The notes beneath the pieces were generated by a model that was given only the letters and a program-made list of their open reading frames with translations, made no database searches and had not been told where the DNA came from. This document shows positions 17,319 through 26,294 of a stretch of 64,000 nt of DNA, in pieces. Each line of letters begins with the position of its first letter. Position 1 is the first letter of the stretch. The translations under genes and the position numbers were made by a program. Origin of the DNA: Alphaproteobacteria bacterium (GTDB lineage Bacteria > Pseudomonadota > Alphaproteobacteria > MPNO01). The stretch lies in assembly GCA_965117055.1 (NCBI GenBank), contig OZ220750.1:3501440-3565439 (forward strand). The letters are read 5' to 3'.

Positions 17319-18463
17319 CCGCGTGGCCTGCAATCCGGAAGGTGCTGGCGCCCATTACGACCCGTCTGGCTGCCCCCCGGATCAGAGTCCGGGGCAGGTG
17401 GGCGCTCGTCGCGGCCGTGTTCGGGTTCCTGCTTTGGATCGTCCTCGGCGGCGCTGCGCGCGCAGAAGAACCGAAGGCGGCGGCGCGCGCCATCGGCGCC
17501 GGAGGCAATGCGACGGCGGGTGCGCTGGCGCGCGAAGCGGCCAGCAGCGGCAAGGTGCCGGGCTATGCTGGGACCGACGTGCCGGAGCGGAGCCTCACCG
17601 CGTCGGGCATGGAAGACGCGGCGCGTGTCCGTCTCGCCGACCCGGACGATCCGGGCGGCAAGGCCGGGCGAGCGGTGGTCGAGGGAACGCTGACGCGCCC
17701 CGAACGGCCGGTGTGGGCCGGCGATCCTGAAATCGTCCGGGGCGACGCGATCGGGGAGAACCCGCAAGCTTCGGCCCACGGCGCCGGGGGACTCGCCTCG
17801 GGGTCTGTCTCCGACTGCGCCTCCGGGCTCCAGGACGCCCAGGACGGCGGCTCCTGCGGGCAGGTCACATATTGCGTCGGCGCGGACTGCGAGACCGTGC
17901 GCCCGCAATCCAACACCGGGTTCGTCGAAGCCACGACTCGGCTCAACATGGCGGTGGAGCTCGGCGGCGAGGAGTTCGACCGCGGCGACATGCGCTTCTT
18001 CAAGGGCACGCGCCGACGCTGCCACATCAAGCTGTTCGGTCTCGCCAACTGCTGCACGAACTCGGGGGCACTGATCGGCCTCGGGGACTGCTCGGCCGAG
18101 GAGCGCGAGCTCGCGGAGGAGCGCAATGCCGGCAACACCCACTATCTCGGCAAATACTGCTCGAAGCGCACCTTCTTCGGCACTTGCGTCCGCCGTTCGC
18201 GCGCCTGGTGCGTGTTCGGCTCGAAGCTCGGGCGCATCCTGCAGCAGCAGGGCCGCGCGCAGCTTGGGCTGGGCTGGTCGAGCTGCCGGGGGTTCACCGT
18301 CGCCGAAATCGAGGGCATCGACTTCGCCAGCCTCGACCTTTCGGAGTTCACCGAGAACCTGATGGACGGGTCCATGGAGCCCACGGTGTCGCTGCCTGAT
18401 GCCGGGGACACCGGGGACTCCATGCGCACCCGCATCCGCGACTTCTACAGCCGGGGCCGGTGA
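17315..18463 (+). CDS. traN: TraN mating-pair stabilisation protein (Cys-rich)
   Basis: It is 382 aa with an N-terminal signal/TM segment and many paired Cys (CASGLQ..CGQVTYCVGADCE...CHIKLFGLANCC..C). Confidence 0.75.
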   Translation: MTAWPAIRKVLAPITTRLAAPRIRVRGRWALVAAVFGFLLWIVLGGAARAEEPKAAARAIGAGGNATAGALAREAASSGKVPGYAGTDVPERSLTASGMEDAARVRLADPDDPGGKAGRAVVEGTLTRPERPVWAGDPEIVRGDAIGENPQASAHGAGGLASGSVSDCASGLQDAQDGGSCGQVTYCVGADCETVRPQSNTGFVEATTRLNMAVELGGEEFDRGDMRFFKGTRRRCHIKLFGLANCCTNSGALIGLGDCSAEERELAEERNAGNTHYLGKYCSKRTFFGTCVRRSRAWCVFGSKLGRILQQQGRAQLGLGWSSCRGFTVAEIEGIDFASLDLSEFTENLMDGSMEPTVSLPDAGDTGDSMRTRIRDFYSRGR

Positions 18464-18464
18464 G

Positions 18465-19307
18465 ATGGCCGCCGGAAGTCTTTCGGTGCGGCACGCCGTG
18501 ACGCGCGTCCTTGCTGCCATCGGCGTCTGGGCGGCGCTCGGCGCGTCCGCGGCCGGCGGGGAATGGCGCTCCTGGTGCGGGGATCCCGGATCGAACGCGG
18601 GCCAGGGCCTCGGATGGCACTTCTACTGCGACCGGGCCGAGGAGCCGGAACGGGCCGAACCCGCGCCAGGCCGGCCGGTTGCCACTTCCGGCCCCGCGCG
18701 ATCCGCGTCGGAACGCATCGACGCAATACGCAAGGCGCTGGAGGAGGCGCGCGCCGAGGCGATCCTCGACCCCACCACCGCCAACGTCACCGCCTATCTG
18801 CGCCTGCAGCAGGAAACCCTGCAACGTGCCGCGGCCTTCTCCGACGCCTTCCGCCGCACGGTCTGGGCGACGCCCGAGCTCGACTACACGCTGAAGCGCC
18901 CGGTCGGCGCGCTGGCCAAGCAGGTCTGGTCCGACGAGCGAAGGGCGGCGGTGGATGCTTCGCTGGCGAAGCTCGGCGAGCGCTACGGGCTGATCTATCT
19001 CGGCCACGCCGGCTGCGCGGGCTGCAAGGTGTTCGGCCCGCTGCTGCGCGCCTTCGCCGCCCGCCACGGCCTCGACGTGCTCGCCGTCTCGCTCACCGGC
19101 GCGGCGCTGGAGGGCTGGCCGGAGGCAGTGGCGGACAACGGCCGCGCCGCCCGGCTCGGGCTCGGCAATGCGCCGGTCCCGGCGCTGGTGCTGTTCGACA
19201 CCCAAACGAAACGCGTGGTCCCCGTCGGCTTCGGCGTCATGGCCGAGGACCAGATGGCCGAGCGGATCTTCGCGCTCACCGCGCTGGAGCCTGGCCATGA
19301 CTATTGA
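18465..19307 (+). CDS. traF: F-type TraF (thioredoxin-fold pilus assembly protein)
   Basis: It is 280 aa. The C-terminal thioredoxin-like region reads GLIYLGHAGCAGCKVFGPLL, and it sits before traH. Confidence 0.7.
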   Translation: MAAGSLSVRHAVTRVLAAIGVWAALGASAAGGEWRSWCGDPGSNAGQGLGWHFYCDRAEEPERAEPAPGRPVATSGPARSASERIDAIRKALEEARAEAILDPTTANVTAYLRLQQETLQRAAAFSDAFRRTVWATPELDYTLKRPVGALAKQVWSDERRAAVDASLAKLGERYGLIYLGHAGCAGCKVFGPLLRAFAARHGLDVLAVSLTGAALEGWPEAVADNGRAARLGLGNAPVPALVLFDTQTKRVVPVGFGVMAEDQMAERIFALTALEPGHDY

Positions 19308-20721
19308 GTGGAAGAGATATGCCATCGCGGCATCGGCATCTGCCGCGCTGCTGTTTTCGTCTCCGGCTTCCGCCGACGTGCTCTCGGAGATGAACCGCTT
19401 CTGGCAGGGCGCGGCGGTCAACACCACGGGCCCGACCGCCTTCCAGGGCCAGGCCTCCGGTCACTGGACGCTGGGCAACCTCTATCTGCGCGCCCCGGTG
19501 CGCTCGGAGCAGATCGCGACGGTGAGCCTGCCCTCCTTCCGGTCCGGCTGCGGCGGCATCGACGCTTTCGCCGGCGCCTTCTCGTTCATCGACTCGGACC
19601 AGTTGATCGCCTTCGGGCGCGCGGTCGCCCAGAACGCCGCCGGCTTCGCCTTCGAGCTCGCCCTGGAGACCATCTCGCCGGTGATCGCCGAGACCATGGC
19701 GAAGCTCCGGGCGCTGGCGCAGTGGGTCAACGGCCAGAACCTCAACAGCTGCGAGACCGCCCAGGCGCTGGTCGGCGCGCTCTGGTCGAAGAACGACCGG
19801 GCGAGCGCCGCGATCTGCGCCGCCATCGGCACCGGCCAGGGCATCTTTTCCGACTACGCCGCCGCGAAGCACGGCTGCGGCGCGGACGGAAAACGCAACT
19901 CGACGCTCGCCAGCGCGTCCGGCGCCATGGCCGACCAGGTGCCGGTCAACGTCAACTACGCCTGGAAGGCGATCCGTGCGTCGTCCTTCCTGTCCGGGGA
20001 TACGCAGCTGGCCGAGTTCGCCATGGCGGTGACCGGCACGCTGATCGTGACGTCGCCGACCTCCGATTCGGACACCTCCGGCCCGAGGGTGCGGATTCTC
20101 GAACCGCTGGCGCTCGACCGGCGGGTCACGGAGGTGCTGATGGAGGGCGGCGGCGCGCTTCCGGTCTATCGCTGCGACACGCCCGACCGCTGCCTCAACC
20201 CGAGCCTGGGCACGGTCACCATCCCCGCCAACCGCGGGTTCCGGGAGCGGGTGGCGTCGTTGCTGCGCGATCTTGTCGATGCGGTCAGGACGGATACCGC
20301 CCCGCCCGCCCCGGCGCTCGGCCTCGTGAACCTCACCACCCTGCCGGTCTACCGGGTCGCGAACACGGCTGCGGCGTACCGGGGCGCGGTGATCGATCAG
20401 GAGATGGACGCGCTCGCGGAGGCCGTTGCGCTCGACGTGATGCAGGTCTGGATCACCGATCTCCACCGCACCGTCGAGGAGCGCGCCGGCACCCTCGACA
20501 TCGCCGATGGCGAGCAGTTGCAGAGGTGGCGCGAGGGGCTTCGGTCCAATCGCGTCGCGCTGGCAAGGCATCGTCACCAGGGGCTCCAGCGGCTCAACAC
20601 CGCGCTCGCGGTAGTCGAGAAGCTGCGCCTGATCGAGACCGAGCTCGCGGGCGCCCTCAGCGCCGATCTCCGCGCCACGCTGGCGTTCGCGCGCGGCGGC
20701 GCCGGGGCCGGGTCGCGCTGA
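19297..20721 (+). CDS. traH: TraH pilus assembly protein
   Basis: It is 474 aa with a signal peptide (F TraH is 458 aa). It has a Cys motif (SFRSGCGGIDAF) and a C-terminal coiled coil. Confidence 0.8.
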   Translation: MTIEWKRYAIAASASAALLFSSPASADVLSEMNRFWQGAAVNTTGPTAFQGQASGHWTLGNLYLRAPVRSEQIATVSLPSFRSGCGGIDAFAGAFSFIDSDQLIAFGRAVAQNAAGFAFELALETISPVIAETMAKLRALAQWVNGQNLNSCETAQALVGALWSKNDRASAAICAAIGTGQGIFSDYAAAKHGCGADGKRNSTLASASGAMADQVPVNVNYAWKAIRASSFLSGDTQLAEFAMAVTGTLIVTSPTSDSDTSGPRVRILEPLALDRRVTEVLMEGGGALPVYRCDTPDRCLNPSLGTVTIPANRGFRERVASLLRDLVDAVRTDTAPPAPALGLVNLTTLPVYRVANTAAAYRGAVIDQEMDALAEAVALDVMQVWITDLHRTVEERAGTLDIADGEQLQRWREGLRSNRVALARHRHQGLQRLNTALAVVEKLRLIETELAGALSADLRATLAFARGGAGAGSR

Positions 20722-20743
20722 GCCATGGCGTGACACCTCGTAG

Positions 20744-23662
20744 ATGTACGAGCTCTTCACCCTTGGCGGCGGGACCTACCTCGTCGATCTGCTGAACGCC
20801 GTCGCCGCGATCACCGGCGGCGGCGCCTACATCACGCTGGCGCAGCTGGCGGGTGTCGCGGGTCTCGCCTGGGTGCTGTTCCGCACCGCCTTCGGCGGCT
20901 CGTGGAAGGACAACGCGAAGTGGATGCTGTTGTTCGTGGCGGTCTGGGGCGCCATGATCGTGCCGAAGGCGACCGTCCGGGTGGTGGACCGCCTCGATCC
21001 CACGCTTGCACCCGCCGTAGTCGCCAACGTCCCCATCGGGCTCGCGCTGTTCGCCTCCCTGACCAGCCAGGTGGGCGACGGGCTGACGCGCCTCACCGAA
21101 CAGGCGTTCACGCTGCCGAACGACCTCCAGTACCGGCGCCACGGGCTGATCTTCGGGGCCAGGCTCGCGGCCAAGACCACCCGGCTGGAAATCACCGACA
21201 CGGTGTTCGCGCGGAACGTGCGCAACTACGCCCGCCAGTGCGTGTTCCACGCGCTCCTGCTCGGCCACGTCTCGGCGGACGACCTCAGGGAGTCGACCGA
21301 CATCTGGGGCCTGGTCACCGCCGCCGGCTCGCCCTCGGCCGGGGCCTCGCCCGCGCGCATGTTCGAGTTCGCGAGCCGGGGCGCGGTGTCAGGGACCGGC
21401 GCGACGACGCTGGACCGGGAGATCGTCACCTGCCAGGCGGGCGCCGGGCGGCTGAACGCGCAGTGGAACGCGGAAATCCAGCGCGCCGGCACGGTGTTCG
21501 GCAGGCGCATCTTCCCCGACGCGAGGACCGAGGCGCTGGCGCGCGCCGAACTGCTCGCCGCTCTTCCGGCGGCCCACGACTTCCTGATCGGCGCGGCGCG
21601 CTCGGCGGCCGAGATCATGCGCCAGCAGATGGTGCTCAACGCCGTCCACGACGCCGGCGAGCAATGGGCGGCGGAAGCGGGCAATGCGGCGGCGCTTCGG
21701 GCCTACACGGAAGCGAGGGCCGAGGCGCAGACCGTCTCCGCCTACCGGGCGATCGGCAGGCAGGCGGAGACCTGGGTGCCGCTGCTGCGCATCGTCTTCG
21801 AATGCCTCTATGTCGGCGCTTTCCCGTTGGCGGTGCTGCTGATGCTGACGCCGGCGGGGGCGACGATATTCCGGTCGTATGTGACCGGGCTGATCTGGCT
21901 CCAGTCCTGGGGCCCGCTCTACGCCGTGCTACACCGGATCAGCATGGGCGAGGCGGCCGAGCGCATGCAGGCCGCGGCCGCGATGCCGAACGGCGATATC
22001 GGCATCTCGCTGGTAGCGCAGGCCGGGATCAGGGCGGTCGCCTCGGATGTGGCGGTCATGTCCGGCTATCTCTCCATGTCGGTGCCGTTTCTGGCCGCCG
22101 CCCTCGCCTACGGGCTCTCCAAGGCGACGGTGCTGGCGACCTCCGTCCTTGCGGTCGGCCAGGACGCGGCGTCCTCGGCGGCGCACGAGGGGACGACCGG
22201 CAACCTCTCGCTGGCCAGCTCCAGCTACGACGCCCACCGCTTCGCGACCCTGGAGGGGCGCCAGATCCGCACCTCGGCCCATGTCGATACCGACCGCTAC
22301 ACGGGCTATGCGCCCGCGGGCGCGGCGATGACGGTGACGGGAGACGGCACGGTGGTGGCCGATGCCGGCGCCGCCACCAGCCGCATTCCGGCGGCGGGCG
22401 TGCGTCTCTCCGAGTCCCTCGCCACCAGCCACGAGACCCGCGCGACCGAGGCGCGGACGCTCTCGCGCCACTGGTCGGCGGAAGCGGGCCAGGCGCGCAA
22501 CGCCGCCGTGACCGACGCGACGGGGCTGATCGAACGCTATTCCCACGACGTCTCCACGGGCGAAGCGTACGCGCGGGGCGTGACCGAGAGCGAGAGCAGC
22601 CAGGCCCAGGCGCTGCAATCGCACCACGAGAAGGTCGCGGAGATCGCCGGCATCGCGAGGGACCAGGCCGCGGTGCTGACGGGACAGGCGAGCGTCGGCG
22701 GCGGCTGGGACTTCATCGTCAAGGCGAAGGCGGACGGTTCCGTCATGTGGCGCGGCCAGACCATCGAGCAGGAGGCCTGGAATCGGATCAAGGAATACGA
22801 CCTCCGGCACGGCGTCACGGAGACCTGGTCGCAGGTCTCGGAGGCCTCGCGGCGGTATTCCGCTCAGACCGGAGAGTCGGAGCTGGCGAGCCTGGACGAG
22901 AGCCTGTCGGCCAACCTCACCCGCATGAGGACGTTCCAGGAACGCGCCTCGCTGGCCAGGCAGGAATCGGAGAGCTGGTCCGAGCAGGCGGCACAGGTCC
23001 GGAGCGATGCGCAGGCTATCGAGCGCGAGCTGGGCCAGCCCTTCTTCGCCTGGCTGTCCGAACGGAAGGGCACGGACGGGCGCGCCATCGGCGCCGCCGG
23101 CGCCATGCGCATCGCCTCGCCGCAGACGGCGGAGGATTCGGAGCAGCTCCGGGAATACGCCGCCGCCTTCATCGCCGAGAAATACCCCGCCCCCGCCGGA
23201 CCCGATCCGTCCACCGTCGGCGGCGCGGCCGAATACGAGGGTGCGACGGGGAAGTTGCGCACCGCCTATGCCGGCGAGACCGCGGCGGCCCATGCCGGCT
23301 GGTCGGCCGGCGTGCGCGACCGCGCGGCCGAAGCGGGGGCGCCCCGGCCGGGCGAGGCGCCGGCCAAGGCGACGGAGGAACGGGTCGAGACGAAGACCGA
23401 GATGACCATGAAGGGCGCGGCACGCGAGGCGCGGCAGACGGTGACGAAGGAGGAGGCCGCCGAGGGCAGAGCCGGGGTGGAGGCCGAGAGGAAGAAGCCC
23501 TTCGAGCGGCACGCGACGGAGAACCTGCCCGTGGTCGGCGACTGGCTCACCGGCAAGCTGTTCGGCTCGGCGAAGAACGCCGTGCCCGACGGCGCGCCCG
23601 GCGGCAAGGGCAAGGACAGACCGCTGACCGACGAGACCGGCTGGGGGGACTCCTCGCCGTGA
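20744..23662 (+). CDS. traG: F-type TraG (TraG_N) mating-pair stabilisation / entry-exclusion target protein
   Basis: It is 972 aa (F TraG is 938 aa) with multiple N-terminal TM helices and a long periplasmic C-terminal region with coiled coils. Confidence 0.85.
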   Translation: MYELFTLGGGTYLVDLLNAVAAITGGGAYITLAQLAGVAGLAWVLFRTAFGGSWKDNAKWMLLFVAVWGAMIVPKATVRVVDRLDPTLAPAVVANVPIGLALFASLTSQVGDGLTRLTEQAFTLPNDLQYRRHGLIFGARLAAKTTRLEITDTVFARNVRNYARQCVFHALLLGHVSADDLRESTDIWGLVTAAGSPSAGASPARMFEFASRGAVSGTGATTLDREIVTCQAGAGRLNAQWNAEIQRAGTVFGRRIFPDARTEALARAELLAALPAAHDFLIGAARSAAEIMRQQMVLNAVHDAGEQWAAEAGNAAALRAYTEARAEAQTVSAYRAIGRQAETWVPLLRIVFECLYVGAFPLAVLLMLTPAGATIFRSYVTGLIWLQSWGPLYAVLHRISMGEAAERMQAAAAMPNGDIGISLVAQAGIRAVASDVAVMSGYLSMSVPFLAAALAYGLSKATVLATSVLAVGQDAASSAAHEGTTGNLSLASSSYDAHRFATLEGRQIRTSAHVDTDRYTGYAPAGAAMTVTGDGTVVADAGAATSRIPAAGVRLSESLATSHETRATEARTLSRHWSAEAGQARNAAVTDATGLIERYSHDVSTGEAYARGVTESESSQAQALQSHHEKVAEIAGIARDQAAVLTGQASVGGGWDFIVKAKADGSVMWRGQTIEQEAWNRIKEYDLRHGVTETWSQVSEASRRYSAQTGESELASLDESLSANLTRMRTFQERASLARQESESWSEQAAQVRSDAQAIERELGQPFFAWLSERKGTDGRAIGAAGAMRIASPQTAEDSEQLREYAAAFIAEKYPAPAGPDPSTVGGAAEYEGATGKLRTAYAGETAAAHAGWSAGVRDRAAEAGAPRPGEAPAKATEERVETKTEMTMKGAAREARQTVTKEEAAEGRAGVEAERKKPFERHATENLPVVGDWLTGKLFGSAKNAVPDGAPGGKGKDRPLTDETGWGDSSP

Positions 23663-23688
23663 TGCCCGACTGGAAATCGGCTCCGGTT

Positions 23689-24036
23689 TCAGTCCCCGCG
23701 CATCAGCCGCTCGTTCTCCTCGGCAATCCGCATGTAAGCGTAAGGACCGGATTTGAGAGACCAGTTGAGATGGTCCTGGCCGCTGTCGGGAAGCTCGCAA
23801 CGGCGGAAGGCGGACCAGTCTCGGTGGCGCAGTCCCCGCCGGATCGCGAGCGCCAGCGACGAGACGAAGGCCCACGCGGCCGCGGCCAGCCAGGCGGCGG
23901 CGACCGTCTCGATACCGGCGTCGAGCGGGGCCGCAAGGGCCGTGCAGAACGCCGCGACGGCGAAGCCGCCGAGCACGAAGGCGCGCTCTGCAAGGGTGGT
24001 GCGGGCCGTCGCCGGTCCCGTGTCGCTGCGAGTCAT
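23689..24036 (-). CDS. Small inner-membrane protein, antisense to the tra operon (candidate entry-exclusion protein)
   Basis: It is 115 aa with two TM helices and lies between traG and traD, where F carries traS/traT. Confidence 0.4.
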   Translation of the reverse strand: MTRSDTGPATARTTLAERAFVLGGFAVAAFCTALAAPLDAGIETVAAAWLAAAAWAFVSSLALAIRRGLRHRDWSAFRRCELPDSGQDHLNWSLKSGPYAYMRIAEENERLMRGD

Positions 24037-24175
24037 GGCGATGTCCTCCGTTCGTCCTGGACGCCGATCCGGGTGCTGCCGTTCCGGGCGGCTCTCTCCG
24101 GCCCGGACCCCTTCGCCCGACCCCTGCCGGCCTTTCCTCCGGGGGGCGTTTCACGCTGAGAGAAGGAGAACGCGC

Positions 24176-26293
24176 ATGCGCGGCATCGGCGGCAGCACGC
24201 TCCGGGGCGGCCAAACCGTCTTCCACGGCATCCGGATGTGGGGCCAGCTGTTCCAGGCGGCCCTGCTGTTCGCCGCCTTCACGACCGTGGCCGTGCCGGC
24301 CTGGAACCTGTGGCGGTCCACCACGGGGGCGGAATGGTACGCCGCCGGCATGGCGACGCTGGCCGAGGCTAAGCTCGCGCTCGGCTACGACCCGGATTCG
24401 GGCCAGGAGGTCCGGTTCAGGGACGGCACGCGGCGCGTGCTGCGCATCCGCGATGTCGCCGCCTCGGTCCCCGCGCTGGAGGCGCGGGAGCGGATCAAGG
24501 CCGAGATGTTCGCGAGCGCTGGATTCGGGGCTGCGGCCGGAGCCGGGCTGATCGGCCTCTTCCTCGTCGCGTTCTGGGTCCGCGGCGCGCAGCTCGGGCG
24601 CCAGAAGCGGATCCGGGGCGCCGAGATGGTGACGGCCGCCGAGCTCCGCCGCCGCGTGCAGTCGCGCCATCTGCGCACGCTGGCGCGTTTGCCCGGCGGC
24701 AAACGGCTCCGGCCCTACGCCATCGCCGGCATCCCGTATCCGGAACGCACCGAGACCCAGCACACCATCGTCTCGGGCACCACCGGATCGGGCAAGACCG
24801 TGCTGATCTCCGATCTCGTCTCCCAGATCCGCGCCCGTGGCGAGCGCTGCGTCCTCTACGACAAGATGGGCTCCTACACCCGGTCATTCTTCGACCCCTC
24901 CCGCGACGTGCTGATGAACCCGCTCGACGCCCGCGCGCCGCGCTGGTCGCCCTTCCTCGAAGCCCGCGATCCGCGCGACTTCGACATGATGGCCGCCGCG
25001 CTGATCCCGCAGCAGAAGGACACGGTAGACCCGTTCTGGGTGACCGCCGCGCGCCAGCTGTTCTCCAACGGCGCCGGGGTGTTCTGGAAGCAGGGCGTCG
25101 AGGACAACAGGGTCCTGGTCGACCACCTGCTGAAGACCGAGCTCACGGCGCTCGCCGAGGCGATGCAGGGCACGGTCGCCCAGTCCATCGTCGATCCCGA
25201 GAACCCGAAGACCGCGCTCTCGGTCCGCGCCATGCTGACCGCCAACGTCTCGGTGCTGGAGCTCCTGCCGGACAGCGGCAGGCCGTTCTCGATCCGCAAA
25301 TGGATATCGGACGAGGACCGGGACGGGTTCCTGTTCCTCACGTCCAGGGGAGACCAGCATGCCAGCCTGCGCGGGCTGATCTCGACCTGGCTCGAGATCG
25401 CGGTCAACGCGATGCTGTCGCTCGCCCAGGACGAGGGAAGGCGGATCTGGGTGATCCTCGACGAACTGCCCACCCTCCACCAGGTGCCGTCCTTGCAGCC
25501 CGGCCTCGCGGAGTCGCGCCAGTTCGGCGGCTGCTTCGTGCTCGGCGTCCAGGTCGCCTCGGCCCTGCGCGACCTCTACGGGAGGAACGGCGCGGAGACC
25601 ATATCGGGGCTCTGCGGCACGAGGGTGGTTCTGGCCGCGCCCGACCGCGACACCGCGCAATGGTCGGCCGACAGCCTGGGCCGCAGCGAGATCGAGGAGG
25701 TCGCCGAAGGCTATTCCTACGGCGCCAACACGATCCGCGACGGCGTGAGCCTGACCCCGCGGCGCGAGCTGCGCGCCCTGGCGCTGCCCTCCGAGATCAT
25801 GCGGCTCGCCAACCTCGAAGGCTATCTCAAGTTCCCCGGCCCCTTCCCGGTCGCCTCGATCCGCCTTAAATACGCCGCGCGCCCGAAGGCGGCGGAACGG
25901 TTCGTGCCTCGCAAGGGCGACGGGACGGAACCCGGCGAGGCGGCTTCTGCGCCGCAACCCGGGGAAAAAGTCGCGAGGATTCCGGAGACGCCGGTCCCTG
26001 ATGAGGCGCGCCCCGCCGACGATCCCGGCGCGCCCGGCATGCCGCGTGAGCCGAAGGCATGGCAGGGCGAGCTGGACCTTGCGCCCCTGCCGGATGAGGC
26101 CGGAGGAGCCGAGTCCGGACCGGCGGCGAAGGCGGACACCGGGAAAAAGGGCGGCAAGCGCACGGCGGCGAACGGCAAGGCGCCGGCGGCCGAGCCCGGA
26201 CCCGAGGCAGATAACGCGCCATCGGAAGAGGGCCCGGAACCGGCTGATCCGTCGGCCGCCATGGCCGCCGGAGCGAAGCGCGAGTGGTTCTGA
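24176..26293 (+). CDS. traD: Type IV coupling protein TraD/VirD4
   Basis: It has an N-terminal TM pair, a Walker A motif (IVSGTTGSGKT), a Walker B-like motif (WVILDE) and an acidic, low-complexity C-terminal tail. A GAAGGAGAA SD sits 6 nt upstream. Confidence 0.9.
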   Translation: MRGIGGSTLRGGQTVFHGIRMWGQLFQAALLFAAFTTVAVPAWNLWRSTTGAEWYAAGMATLAEAKLALGYDPDSGQEVRFRDGTRRVLRIRDVAASVPALEARERIKAEMFASAGFGAAAGAGLIGLFLVAFWVRGAQLGRQKRIRGAEMVTAAELRRRVQSRHLRTLARLPGGKRLRPYAIAGIPYPERTETQHTIVSGTTGSGKTVLISDLVSQIRARGERCVLYDKMGSYTRSFFDPSRDVLMNPLDARAPRWSPFLEARDPRDFDMMAAALIPQQKDTVDPFWVTAARQLFSNGAGVFWKQGVEDNRVLVDHLLKTELTALAEAMQGTVAQSIVDPENPKTALSVRAMLTANVSVLELLPDSGRPFSIRKWISDEDRDGFLFLTSRGDQHASLRGLISTWLEIAVNAMLSLAQDEGRRIWVILDELPTLHQVPSLQPGLAESRQFGGCFVLGVQVASALRDLYGRNGAETISGLCGTRVVLAAPDRDTAQWSADSLGRSEIEEVAEGYSYGANTIRDGVSLTPRRELRALALPSEIMRLANLEGYLKFPGPFPVASIRLKYAARPKAAERFVPRKGDGTEPGEAASAPQPGEKVARIPETPVPDEARPADDPGAPGMPREPKAWQGELDLAPLPDEAGGAESGPAAKADTGKKGGKRTAANGKAPAAEPGPEADNAPSEEGPEPADPSAAMAAGAKREWF

Positions 26294-26294
26294 C

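Noticed and set aside
16388-18520. A 710-aa minus-strand ORF opposite trbC/traN
   Set aside because: It is an antisense artefact. traN's cysteine pattern on the + strand is diagnostic.
20902-24159. A 1085-aa + strand ORF in an alternate frame of traG, and a 944-aa minus ORF at 21929-24763
   Set aside because: Both have Arg/Gly-rich composition. The traG frame, with TM helices and a TraG_N-like N-terminus, is the real gene.
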